Shown piece by piece: positions 8,965-18,133 of a stretch of DNA of 64,000 bases. The notes under the pieces are model-generated. The model made no database searches. It was not told the DNA's origin and saw nothing but the letters and a program-made list of their open reading frames with translations. The stretch's first letter is position 1. Each line of letters opens with the position of its first letter. The stretch comes from Candidatus Altiarchaeota archaeon (GTDB taxonomy: Archaea > Altiarchaeota > Altiarchaeia > IMC4 > SCGC-AAA252-I15): contig JBDRLL010000036.1 in assembly GCA_043813075.1 (NCBI GenBank), forward strand, positions 32,001 to 96,000, written 5' to 3'. A program made the position numbers and the translations under genes.

Positions 8965-9746
8965 TTTAGCTTCTTGAAGGCCTGACGACAGTCCTTGTAG
9001 TACTGGGTGTTCTTACCCAGGAGGATGCACTTGTTGGGCAGCCCTATCTTTAACGCGACTTGGGTCACGCAATCAGCGTATTCCGGGGATCCCTTACCCA
9101 AACGAGCGCACCTACCAGCCTTTCCCGCGGATTTTGCGAGGCGGATTATGCACTCGCCGTACTTTGGAGTTCCTGCATAGAGATTGCATTTCACTTGGTC
9201 GTCGTTCTCGGACTTGTACACGCAGTCAGCATACTCGGGACTGTTCTTTGGTATCCTAGAGCATAATCCCCTGCTACCGAATTTCACTGCCAGCTGGGTG
9301 ATGCATTTAGCGTAATTTTTGGTTGTGACCCCCAGAGGAAGGCAGTCCTGCCGGTTGCCTGATGATAATGCCAGGGAGCTCGCGCACTCGATTATCAGTT
9401 TATTATCCGGGTCTATGAGAGAGCAGAGGTTGGCTTTTCGGGTGTAGTTGGCGACGGCAAGTATGCACTCGGCGTAAGACGGAGTGTGGAAGCCAAGATC
9501 GAAACACCTGCCAGTATCCCTGCCGCTAACAGCCTCTGAAATCACGGCATCAACGTCCTGACGGACTTTTGGCGAAGGCGATATTCTTTTCAGGGACTTG
9601 CTTATGAAAGAAGGGGTGCTGAGGGAGGGCATGCCATAGGACTCTATCCTTGACTGCGTGAAATCTGAGATTAGGACCATAAAATGATCCATGACCATGA
9701 GCACTATGATTCCTGCGATAAGGTAGTAGTAGTTTTTATGCATCAT
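8961..9746 (-). CDS. Membrane-anchored protein with seven C-x11/12-C repeats
   Basis: N-terminal TM; repeats such as CARLGKGSPEYADC and CSRIPKNSPEYADC. Confidence 0.75.
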   Translation of the reverse strand: MMHKNYYYLIAGIIVLMVMDHFMVLISDFTQSRIESYGMPSLSTPSFISKSLKRISPSPKVRQDVDAVISEAVSGRDTGRCFDLGFHTPSYAECILAVANYTRKANLCSLIDPDNKLIIECASSLALSSGNRQDCLPLGVTTKNYAKCITQLAVKFGSRGLCSRIPKNSPEYADCVYKSENDDQVKCNLYAGTPKYGECIIRLAKSAGKAGRCARLGKGSPEYADCVTQVALKIGLPNKCILLGKNTQYYKDCRQAFKKLK

Positions 9747-9796
9747 TCCAGGCGAAGTTAATAATAAGAATCAGTGAGTTAGTTTAAATATGTGTT

Positions 9797-11020
9797 TCAC
9801 TCACCCACCAGTTTAACGCCAGTGATTGTACTCAAGTCGCTGGTTAGCGCCCTCAAATCGTCTATATCAAGGTTGTGGACGTTCGTCAAGCCCGCCAGCT
9901 GGGTGAGCATCTTCAACTCCTTCAGTATTACGCTGACATAATTCACGAGATGCTGGTCAGCGTCCTTCATGAACTTCTCCCTGAGGACAGCATCCTGTGT
10001 TGTGATGCCCACCGGACACTTCCCGAGATGGCATTGCCTGCACATTATGCATCCCACACTAATCATCGCCGCAGTAGTCAGCTGTACGGCGTCAGCACCC
10101 AGCGCCATTGCCTTAGCTATGTCAGCGCCGCTCCTTATGCCACCGGAGACTATCAGGTCGACTTCGTCCCTGAGCTTCATGTCAAGTAACGCATTATGCG
10201 CCTGGACTAAAGCGGCTATTGTGGGTATCCCAGCATGCTCTATGCCGACCGCCGGCGCGGCTCCTGTGCCGCCCTGCATACCATCTATAGCAATGGCGTC
10301 GGCCCCCGCTTTGGCAGCTATCTTGACGTCGCTGGCAACCCTGCCTGGACTGAACTTGATGATGACAGGTATCCTCCAGTCGGTTACCTCCCTCAGCTGG
10401 TTTATCTTGAAAGAAAGGTCCTCAGGACCCACTATGTCCATGTGGCGGGCTGGGCTAAGTGCGTCGGTGCCCTCAGGTATCCCGCGTATCGCCGAGACTT
10501 CAGCAGTAACCTTCTCGCCCATCAGATGACCGCCCATGCCAGGCTTGGCGCCCTGCCCGATCTTTATCTCAATGGCGTCCGCGCTATTCAAGTACTTTGA
10601 AGACACGCCGAACCTGCCTGAAGCGTACTGTACTATCAGTTTGCTGGCGTACTTCCTCTCCTCAGGGAGCATACCCCCCTCGCCGGTGTTGACTGGTATG
10701 CCAAGCCTGCTGCATCCCTTAGCGAAAGCTATCTTAGCCTCCCGGCTCAACGCCCCGAAACTCATCGCACCGAGTATAACAGGAGAATCCATCTCCAACG
10801 GCCTTTCCGCGAAACGCCCGCCGATGACTGTCCTTGTCTCGCACGGCTCACGGTAGTTGTCTATGGGAGGGCGTGAAATCTGGGCTGGAAGGATCACAAG
10901 GTCGTCGAAGTGGGGTAGCGTGCGCTGAGACCCCATGCTGCGGACGATGTATTTGCCTGAAGCGGCCTTCGCCTTTATCTCGCTTATCGTATCCTTGCTC
11001 CACATCTCCATTGTAATCAC
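9797..11020 (-). CDS. gltB2: Glutamate synthase, FMN-binding domain (archaeal split type)
   Basis: AMSFGALS, NTGEGG, EIKIGQGAKPGMGG, CxxCxxCxxxxCP. Confidence 0.95.
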   Translation of the reverse strand: MITMEMWSKDTISEIKAKAASGKYIVRSMGSQRTLPHFDDLVILPAQISRPPIDNYREPCETRTVIGGRFAERPLEMDSPVILGAMSFGALSREAKIAFAKGCSRLGIPVNTGEGGMLPEERKYASKLIVQYASGRFGVSSKYLNSADAIEIKIGQGAKPGMGGHLMGEKVTAEVSAIRGIPEGTDALSPARHMDIVGPEDLSFKINQLREVTDWRIPVIIKFSPGRVASDVKIAAKAGADAIAIDGMQGGTGAAPAVGIEHAGIPTIAALVQAHNALLDMKLRDEVDLIVSGGIRSGADIAKAMALGADAVQLTTAAMISVGCIMCRQCHLGKCPVGITTQDAVLREKFMKDADQHLVNYVSVILKELKMLTQLAGLTNVHNLDIDDLRALTSDLSTITGVKLVGE

Positions 11021-11679
11021 CCGTAGAACGGCCTCCCAGTCTTTGGCGTTATCTTCCTGAACGATTCTGGGCTTGCTTTGACTGATTTTTCCTTGAATAA
11101 TTTTCTCAGCTCGCCCACCTCGCTGTCGGTTAACTCGCCGACAGCAGTGTTCTTGCCGAGGCTCTTGACGTTTCCAGCGAAGTATATTACGCCACCGATT
11201 ATGGATTCGCCAGTGCTCTCCCCAAGGTCGCCCAACACGATTATCCTGCCGCCCATCATGTAGAGGCCGGTCATGAAGCCGGCGTCACCGCCGACGATGA
11301 TTGTCCCGTTCTTCATTATCTGCCCTGTCCTGGAGTTGACGTTCCCGTGCACGTGTACAATACCCCCATAGAGGCCTTGGCCTGCACCGTCCCCGCCGTC
11401 CTTCGTGATTATGAATTCTCCGCCAGTCATGTTGTCCGCAGGATACCATCCACAGCGGCCGTTGACCGTCATCCTGACGTCGTCTATCATGGAACCCGCG
11501 TAGTAGCCCAAGTCCCCGTCGACATTCAATTCTATTTTACCTGTTAATCCCGCTGCCAGGAAGTTTATGGAATGGGGGTTCACGATACGGAGCCTCTTAT
11601 GGCTCTTGGACTCCTCCTTTATCAGCCTGTTGGCTTCCCTGGGCGTCAAGCCCTCCAGGTCCAGCATAAGCTCCTTCAT
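11017..11679 (-). CDS. gltB3: Glutamate synthase GXGXG beta-helix domain
   Basis: Repeated GxGxG motifs; 4-bp overlaps with both neighbours. Confidence 0.88.
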   Translation of the reverse strand: MKELMLDLEGLTPREANRLIKEESKSHKRLRIVNPHSINFLAAGLTGKIELNVDGDLGYYAGSMIDDVRMTVNGRCGWYPADNMTGGEFIITKDGGDGAGQGLYGGIVHVHGNVNSRTGQIMKNGTIIVGGDAGFMTGLYMMGGRIIVLGDLGESTGESIIGGVIYFAGNVKSLGKNTAVGELTDSEVGELRKLFKEKSVKASPESFRKITPKTGRPFYG

Positions 11680-12563
11680 CGCTTCACCTTGAAAACCCTG
11701 TATTCCCCCTCAGACAGCACGTCGAACGGGCCGTCCGGGGCTATCGACTCCAACGCCACCTTCTCTGAGGCTGCGGCAAGCATGTCTTTTGACTCATATA
11801 TTATGCCTGGACGAAGCGCGAGCTTGTCTTTCACCACGCCTATCCCCTCCTGAGTTGCGATTATGTATGTGAAAGGCCCGTCCATGTCCCTGACGGAATC
11901 CTCGAGAGCCTCCTCAAGGGGGTAACCGTCCTTAAGCTTGTCTGCTATGTAGTGCACTATGACTTCAGTGTCATTGTCTGTGCTGAACGAGTGGCCCTTC
12001 GCCTCAAGCCTGTGGCGCAGGCGTATGCAGTTGGTTATCTGACCGTTGTGGACCACAGTTATGTCAGGGTATAGTGAACTCTGGAATGGGTGGGCGTGGT
12101 ATCTGTCAACGCAGCTTTCCGTGCTGAACCGGGTGTGGCCCAGGCCATGGCTCCCCTTCTTGCCGCTTATGTTGAACTTCAAGTCCATGTCCTTCACAAG
12201 ACCGATGTCTTTTATCATCTCGAACTTGCCTGCGCCGAGTACGTTGACTCCCTGAATGTGGTTCAGGTTCTCGACGATGCTTTTAACGTGGTCGTATGAG
12301 CTGGAGAATATCTTGTATCGCCTAACCTCCTTTGAGAGCTGCTCTTGCTCCTTGATTTCAGCGGTTATCGCACGGTATATCTCCTCAGTGCTTTCAACAG
12401 CCTCCACTGTGATGAGGTACTCGTTCTCGTCCAGGTCTGTGCCACCGTATATCGCGAAGCCTCCGCTATCCACACCCCGGTACTGCAGGGCTTTGGCCAT
12501 CGCAACCAGCTTTGCGCCTATGCCGTTCGGCTCCTTGAATGCTGCTCCCACTATGCCGCACAT
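11676..12563 (-). CDS. gltB1: Glutamate synthase class II glutamine amidotransferase domain
   Basis: MCGI, GHTRFST, AHPF, HNGQI, DTE. Confidence 0.92.
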   Translation of the reverse strand: MCGIVGAAFKEPNGIGAKLVAMAKALQYRGVDSGGFAIYGGTDLDENEYLITVEAVESTEEIYRAITAEIKEQEQLSKEVRRYKIFSSSYDHVKSIVENLNHIQGVNVLGAGKFEMIKDIGLVKDMDLKFNISGKKGSHGLGHTRFSTESCVDRYHAHPFQSSLYPDITVVHNGQITNCIRLRHRLEAKGHSFSTDNDTEVIVHYIADKLKDGYPLEEALEDSVRDMDGPFTYIIATQEGIGVVKDKLALRPGIIYESKDMLAAASEKVALESIAPDGPFDVLSEGEYRVFKVKR

Positions 12564-12612
12564 TTTAGTACCATCAAGTCATGCTTTAACCATTTGCTAA
12601 GCGGGTTCACAC

Positions 12613-12713
12613 GCCTTCCTGTAAGTAAATGGAAGGCAAGTATAAAAACAGATGGTTTATAGTAAAAACCATAAAAGTTTAATAATGGTAAAATATAAAC
12701 CAAATTTTAACCA
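12613..12713. promoter_or_regulatory. AT-rich upstream region of the glutamate synthase operon with inverted repeats
   Basis: GCCTTCC-N11-GGAAGGC (12613-12637); ATGGTTT-N7-AAACCAT (12652-12672); TATA-like TTTTATA on the minus strand at 12641-12647. Confidence 0.5.
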
Positions 12714-12750
12714 GGTAGTGTATAATTTGTTTAAAAAATAAACAGTAAGC

Positions 12751-13395
12751 CTAATTACCTGCCTCGGGATAGGGTTTGAGGCAGAACTCCATTATGCACT
12801 TGGACTTCTTGGCTATCCGCAAAAGGTTTCTCGAAACAAGAATCAACCCCACAGCCCGATGCACTGGAAGATCACTCCCGTCCACTTCATAGATAATGCG
12901 CTCGTAAACCTTTTTCACTTCCTCATACTGACCCAAAACCCTCTCCGCAGTCTTCTCATCGCATGTATCCAACGCCACAGACACACTCTTTAACATGCTG
13001 TGGGCAAGGCTCTTCTCCTCCCTGAGCATATCTGAGAAAGAATCATCAGCCATGCAGGGATACTTTATCGCCGAGTCCGCCATGAAGCATATGTGGTCCG
13101 CCATGCGCTCAAACTGGTTCGCGCTGTCTATGAGAATCAATGACAGTGGAACATTCCCTCCTGCAGGCATGCTCTCAAGGTAGGTGAGCACTTCCTCACG
13201 CACCTTGACCTCGAGATCATCAATCCTCTCGTCCTTACCCAATACCATATGCGCCTTCTCAACATCCTTGCCCTCCAACGCATCCCAGGCAAAGTCGAAC
13301 ATCTCCAAGCACTCCTTGTGCATCTCCTTCACATCATTCAGGGAATCAACCAGTATATGGGCCTTCCCCAGCAGACCCAACAGGCTAAGAGTCAT
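12751..13395 (-). CDS. PhoU-domain protein
   Basis: DERIDDLE...FERMADH; SD-like GAGGTG upstream; follows a Na/Pi transporter. Confidence 0.85.
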   Translation of the reverse strand: MTLSLLGLLGKAHILVDSLNDVKEMHKECLEMFDFAWDALEGKDVEKAHMVLGKDERIDDLEVKVREEVLTYLESMPAGGNVPLSLILIDSANQFERMADHICFMADSAIKYPCMADDSFSDMLREEKSLAHSMLKSVSVALDTCDEKTAERVLGQYEEVKKVYERIIYEVDGSDLPVHRAVGLILVSRNLLRIAKKSKCIMEFCLKPYPEAGN

Positions 13396-13419
13396 CGCTA
13401 AAACACCTCACGCTTTAAT

Positions 13420-14571
13420 TTATGTAACATACACGACGATTAAAGGAATTATGAAGAATAGGAGGAGGGTATATACTACTAGTGATAGCGTTGCATTCCT
13501 AGATGAGAGTATAAAGGCACTAATCCTTTCAGTGATAACCAATGGTATCCCACTCAAGCGCGGTACCCCAAACCACAATAGAACGGAAAAAACATTCAAC
13601 AATACATGGACCAGGCCGACTTGGAGGCCCATAACCCCGAATTTCAGGTACGATGCTATCTGGCCGGGGTCTATGGTAGTCCCAATATTGCATCCAAGCA
13701 GATAGGGATAAGTCTCACGGAGGCTTATCCTTCCGGAGGCGGCAAACGGTATCGCAAGAGATGTGGCAACACTCGAACTCTGGAGTATTGACGCGAATGA
13801 AGTGCCGATTACAAGCCCCCGACCCTTCGTCTTGAATGCGAGATGGACGTAGCGTGAAGCCTTACCCTTCAGGGCGGATTCAGCCGCATTGCCCATGACC
13901 TCAAGACCGAGTATGAGGACCATGAAGGATAACACACCCATCGCCAGCGCAGCATGGCTGCTTGATGATAAAAGACCTGAGACGACATGCTCGACGGGGA
14001 CCAGAACAGGGTCAACAACAATATCCAAAAAATCGGGGAAACCCCCGAGAAAGTAGTTTAACACAGGTAAGCCAGCCATCAGACCGGCAAGCCGAACAGC
14101 CAGCGAGCTTAGAAAACCGGTGTTATACTCGATGATGAAGAAGAAAAAGACAGACAAAGTCTTCACCACATCATTTAGAAGAGCTACCGGCACTGCCTTG
14201 GAGAACTCCCGTTTCCGCATCGCATAACCGAGAGTGACTATCACGCACGTGACGGTGGTCCCGATGTTGGCGCCCATTATCAAGGGCACTGCCTGCGTGA
14301 CAGTCATGCCGCCGGCCGCGACGGTCGCGATGGTGACTGCGACAACACCGCTGGAGCTCTGGACGAGGGCGGTCGCGATGATGCCGAGACACAATCCTGA
14401 GAGGGGGTTGCCAGTCATCCTTGAGATGTAGGACTTGGCGAGACCTTCCTTACCATCCACTGCGAAAGCCATGCCCCACGCATGCTTGAGGCCGGATAGG
14501 GACCATACGAACAAATACATTCCGAGAAACAGTAGTATGATGTTCCAGTGACCAGCCCTCACCCCAGACAT
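13420..14571 (-). CDS. Na+/phosphate cotransporter (NptA/SLC34 family)
   Basis: Two QSSS motifs; GANIGTT and GCNIGTT. Confidence 0.92.
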   Translation of the reverse strand: MSGVRAGHWNIILLFLGMYLFVWSLSGLKHAWGMAFAVDGKEGLAKSYISRMTGNPLSGLCLGIIATALVQSSSGVVAVTIATVAAGGMTVTQAVPLIMGANIGTTVTCVIVTLGYAMRKREFSKAVPVALLNDVVKTLSVFFFFIIEYNTGFLSSLAVRLAGLMAGLPVLNYFLGGFPDFLDIVVDPVLVPVEHVVSGLLSSSSHAALAMGVLSFMVLILGLEVMGNAAESALKGKASRYVHLAFKTKGRGLVIGTSFASILQSSSVATSLAIPFAASGRISLRETYPYLLGCNIGTTIDPGQIASYLKFGVMGLQVGLVHVLLNVFSVLLWFGVPRLSGIPLVITERISAFILSSRNATLSLVVYTLLLFFIIPLIVVYVT

Positions 14572-14603
14572 GATGTAATTAATCTGTTATGGGGGAATAA
14601 ATG

Positions 14604-15986
14604 TCAGACCCTATGGATGCTGCCGTAAAGGCGGTTGGCTTCAGCGTCCATGAACCTGGCTGTTCGGACGACAAAATCACCCACCGAGCCGTGCCCGCCC
14701 CGCACGTTAGCGGCCTCCCATTCGGGCACGTACTCCCCGATATTCGCCATATAGCGGCCGTGGGGCAGTGGTATTCCGACGTCTATGCCCTTAGACCTCG
14801 CGTAGTCTGCGGTATGCCGTATGAAGGCGAGAATAATGTTGCCGGGTATGCCCCGCGGGTCGTTGAACCTCAAGTCAGATACTGCATCAGCTATCGCAAG
14901 GTTCTCTCTTGTCACACGCAGTTCATCGTCAGGATAGACGTGCTTTCTCCTGGACAGCAACTCCAGGACGTTATATTCAAAACCCGAGTGGGCGCGAGTC
15001 AGCGCGTCAACGTCGATATGGAACAACAGATGGGTTATTGGAACCATCTTCTTGACCAGAAGGCCCTTGTTTACGTCAGCCATCCTGTCGACAATTCGCC
15101 TGCCGACTGCAAACAATTTCTCAGGATTAATGGAATCACCGTCATAATACTGTCGGTCCGTGTCAATACTCAGGCGGCCAGCCTGATATAGTGCGGAACG
15201 CGTGTCGCTACTCTTCCAATCCTCGTCGGAAGGCACCCCAACAACACCCGCAAACTCGACGGTCCGCCGGGTGCTGAGCACGTTGCCCAAGTAGTCCTTC
15301 TCCATCCTCCCTAAAGCGACTGCGAGAGCATTAGCCTTGCAGACGTCACTGCAAGCGAACGCATCCACGTGAGTGTCAAGCACGATGAGGCCGATGCCAT
15401 ACTCCCGGCCGTCGGCCTTCTCCCTGTCGTCCAATAGCAGTCTGGCAGCATCCATTGACGGGACCAGCGTCATGTCGGTGTCTGAGAGGAGGGTGACGTT
15501 CCCAGTGCAACCAGTAAGGAAGTCTGCGACACTCCTGCCAGGCTCCCACCTGCGGCTGAACATGCCATGATGGGCGTCAGTACGCAATTCCTCTGCAGTG
15601 ATGGGACTCCTCCCAGGAAGGGCTTCCGCAACCCGGACGCCATCAGGATCGCCTAATACACCGGTTATCTGAGTGAATCTCGTGTCTGCGGTATGCCTCC
15701 TGAGGCGGCGAATCATGTCCTCGCCATGACGGTCCAGATAGCGCTTCAAACGCCTCCCCAACTCCACCCTACCCCTATCGAACTCAGTCTCAGCGGGAGT
15801 GTCGATTAGGAGTGGGACGACCTCGCCCCGTAAGGCATCCAGATTAGCTAGCTTACGCTCCAAATCCCCTGGAGTGGGGAATCTCTCGGGATTATCAGGA
15901 TATACGCCGATTACCGCAGTACGTGGATAGGGTTTTGAGGGGTTGAGGGAAGGCCGGACAGAACCCTCACGCTTCTCATGCTGCAT
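14604..15986 (-). CDS. Highly divergent arginase/ureohydrolase-fold protein
   Basis: VLDTHVD (about DAHxD) and FHIDVDAL (about SxDxDxxD); long unrelated N-terminus. Confidence 0.5.
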   Translation of the reverse strand: MQHEKREGSVRPSLNPSKPYPRTAVIGVYPDNPERFPTPGDLERKLANLDALRGEVVPLLIDTPAETEFDRGRVELGRRLKRYLDRHGEDMIRRLRRHTADTRFTQITGVLGDPDGVRVAEALPGRSPITAEELRTDAHHGMFSRRWEPGRSVADFLTGCTGNVTLLSDTDMTLVPSMDAARLLLDDREKADGREYGIGLIVLDTHVDAFACSDVCKANALAVALGRMEKDYLGNVLSTRRTVEFAGVVGVPSDEDWKSSDTRSALYQAGRLSIDTDRQYYDGDSINPEKLFAVGRRIVDRMADVNKGLLVKKMVPITHLLFHIDVDALTRAHSGFEYNVLELLSRRKHVYPDDELRVTRENLAIADAVSDLRFNDPRGIPGNIILAFIRHTADYARSKGIDVGIPLPHGRYMANIGEYVPEWEAANVRGGHGSVGDFVVRTARFMDAEANRLYGSIHRV

Positions 15987-16021
15987 AGAATAAGAATAGG
16001 AAGGACATGGGAAAAAATGGT

Positions 16022-16432
16022 TTACCTTCCTTCTGGAGAAGTCTTCAGCATCATCAACACGAATATCGTCACTATGAGGCCATAAGCTATCAGAACGAAA
16101 TGGGTTGGAACATATGTGCCTGCAAACATTATGACGCCCAGGATGAGGGCTATTATGCCGGTGGAAAACAGTATCGCCTCCACAATAGTCCTGAAGAACG
16201 CCTTCTTCGCCTCGTACGCGGTGTTTATCGCCTCCCTGCGGAATTCCTCGAGTTTTTTCTCGGTATCCTCCCTCAAACCCTCTATCCGCTCCTCCACCTG
16301 ATACTTGTGCATCAAGTATCCTTGGAACAGGTCTCCCACAGACTCTATGATGCTGAACACCCCGCCAAAGGGTATGTCACCCAGGGATAAGCCGGAGTTG
16401 TCCGGCTTATCTGACTTCTTTTTACGAGCCAT
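16022..16432 (-). CDS. Two-TM membrane protein, YqjE/holin-III-like
   Basis: Coiled segment then two C-terminal TMs; abuts the upstream tail-anchored gene. Confidence 0.55.
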   Translation of the reverse strand: MARKKKSDKPDNSGLSLGDIPFGGVFSIIESVGDLFQGYLMHKYQVEERIEGLREDTEKKLEEFRREAINTAYEAKKAFFRTIVEAILFSTGIIALILGVIMFAGTYVPTHFVLIAYGLIVTIFVLMMLKTSPEGR

Positions 16433-16837
16433 CTACTTCTTCCTTCTGATTAGACTGACAGCTATCGCACCCAAGACTGTGCCGACAGCAGCCGCTGCGG
16501 CGGCTGAAGCCTCAGGATTCTTGCGGACAGTCTTCTTTATCTTGGTTTCAGCCATGCGGACCTCCCGCTTGATAGCCTTCTCGCAGACCGCCTTCTCCTT
16601 CTTCCAGTCCTTACCGGAAGCCTCTACAGTCGCCCTGCAGTTCTCGATAAGCTTCTTCTCCAACGCATCCAGCTTGGCCTTAATCTTCTTCTCATGGGCC
16701 ATCACGTTCTTACCAGCCTTCTTCACGGCTGCGACAGCCTTCTTCTTTGATGATTTCACAGTAGACTTCTTAGATACCTTCTTCTTAGTAGACTTCTTAG
16801 ATACCTTCTTCTTCACAGACTTCTTCTTGGCAGCCAT
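16433..16837 (-). CDS. Lys-rich tail-anchored protein, DUF883/ElaB/YqjD-like
   Basis: VRKNPEASAAAAAAVGTVLGAI...RRKK C-terminus; histone-H1-like N-terminus; SD GAGGTGA. Confidence 0.7.
   Translation of the reverse strand: MAAKKKSVKKKVSKKSTKKKVSKKSTVKSSKKKAVAAVKKAGKNVMAHEKKIKAKLDALEKKLIENCRATVEASGKDWKKEKAVCEKAIKREVRMAETKIKKTVRKNPEASAAAAAAVGTVLGAIAVSLIRRKK
16760..16813. repeat. Perfect 2 x 27-bp tandem repeat encoding KKKVSKKST
   Basis: agtagacttcttagataccttcttctt twice. Confidence 0.9.
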
Positions 16838-16870
16838 GTGATCACCTCAAAAAATAATTTGTCGTACTTG

Positions 16871-18133
16871 TTAATAAAGACTCGCTGACTCAAAGTCAAT
16901 AAGGGTGGTCACCACCATCAGTATGGACGCCAAAACCAGTATCCCGCATCCGGCCCATGATATCACATTCATCCACCATGGATTAACGTGCTCGCCCATA
17001 AGCCGCTTATCGTTCACCAACAGTATTATCGGCACCAGTATGAAGGGGAGGAGTATCCCATTTACGACTTGGGCCGCTATTATCAAAGGTATCAGTGGTA
17101 TGCCGGGAATCAAAACCACCGCAACCGCAACCACTGTGAGAAGTATGAGTATCAGATAGAATTCCCTTGCCTCATAGAAGCTCCTGTTGACGCCCGACTC
17201 CCAGCCAAGAGCCTCACAAACATAGAATGACGTTGATATCGGGAGTATGAAGGCGCCGAACAATGCGGCCCCGAAAAAGCCTACGGCAAAGAGGATGAAC
17301 GCGTAGTTGCCTGCCAGCGGCTGCAATGCCTTGGCCGCATCCTCAGCGGACTCCACGCTCACACCATTAGCGAACAGCACGGTCCCGCAGACTACGATGA
17401 TGAAGAAGCTCACCGCATCCGTCAGCACGCAACCCACTATAACCTCCATCCTCGAATACACGTAGTCTTTAACCTCAAGACCCTTCTCCACGACAGAAGA
17501 CTGGAGGTAAAACTGCATCCAAGGAGTCACCGTAGTGCCCACCACACCAATCAGCAGGATGAGATAGGGTGCCGTCAATGAGAACGACGGCATGAACGTC
17601 TCCCTAGCCACCACACCCCAGTCAGGATTCGAGAGAAACCCTGAGACAACGTATGAAGCATAGAAGAGTATCATCAGGAGGAAGAATTTTTCAAGAGACT
17701 TGTAGTCTAATTTCAATACGGTTATTAGCACGAACAACGCGCAGAACGGGACCACAAGATACTTGCTTAATCCGAACAAAGAGCCTGCAGCCGCAATCCC
17801 CGCGAACTCTGATACCGTGACGAACAAATTAGCGAAAAGCAGGCCCAGCATCAGGAAGAAAGTGATCCTCAAGCCGAAGTTCTCCCTAATCAAGTCTGCC
17901 AGACCCTTTCCTGTGACAACACCCATCCTAGCGCACATCTCCTGGACCATGACAAGGAGTATGGTGATGGGTATTATCGCCCAGAGCATGCCGTAGCCGT
18001 AATGGGCTCCCGCGATAGTGTATGTGGTAATCCCCCCAGCATCGTTGTCCACGGCGGCGGTTATCAATCCAGGGCCGAGAACCCCGAAAAGGAAGAGCAC
18101 CCTCCTACCGCTGAGTCTTCCTAGAATTTCCAT
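16871..18133 (-). CDS. Nramp-family divalent cation transporter (Mg2+-type clade)
   Basis: GPGLITAAVDNDAGG, QEMCARMG, GTTVTPW. Confidence 0.9.
   Translation of the reverse strand: MEILGRLSGRRVLFLFGVLGPGLITAAVDNDAGGITTYTIAGAHYGYGMLWAIIPITILLVMVQEMCARMGVVTGKGLADLIRENFGLRITFFLMLGLLFANLFVTVSEFAGIAAAGSLFGLSKYLVVPFCALFVLITVLKLDYKSLEKFFLLMILFYASYVVSGFLSNPDWGVVARETFMPSFSLTAPYLILLIGVVGTTVTPWMQFYLQSSVVEKGLEVKDYVYSRMEVIVGCVLTDAVSFFIIVVCGTVLFANGVSVESAEDAAKALQPLAGNYAFILFAVGFFGAALFGAFILPISTSFYVCEALGWESGVNRSFYEAREFYLILILLTVVAVAVVLIPGIPLIPLIIAAQVVNGILLPFILVPIILLVNDKRLMGEHVNPWWMNVISWAGCGILVLASILMVVTTLIDFESASLY

Noticed and set aside
12613-12637. NrpR operator
   Set aside because: Orientation and spacing are TTCC-N11-GGAA, not GGAA-N6-TTCC.
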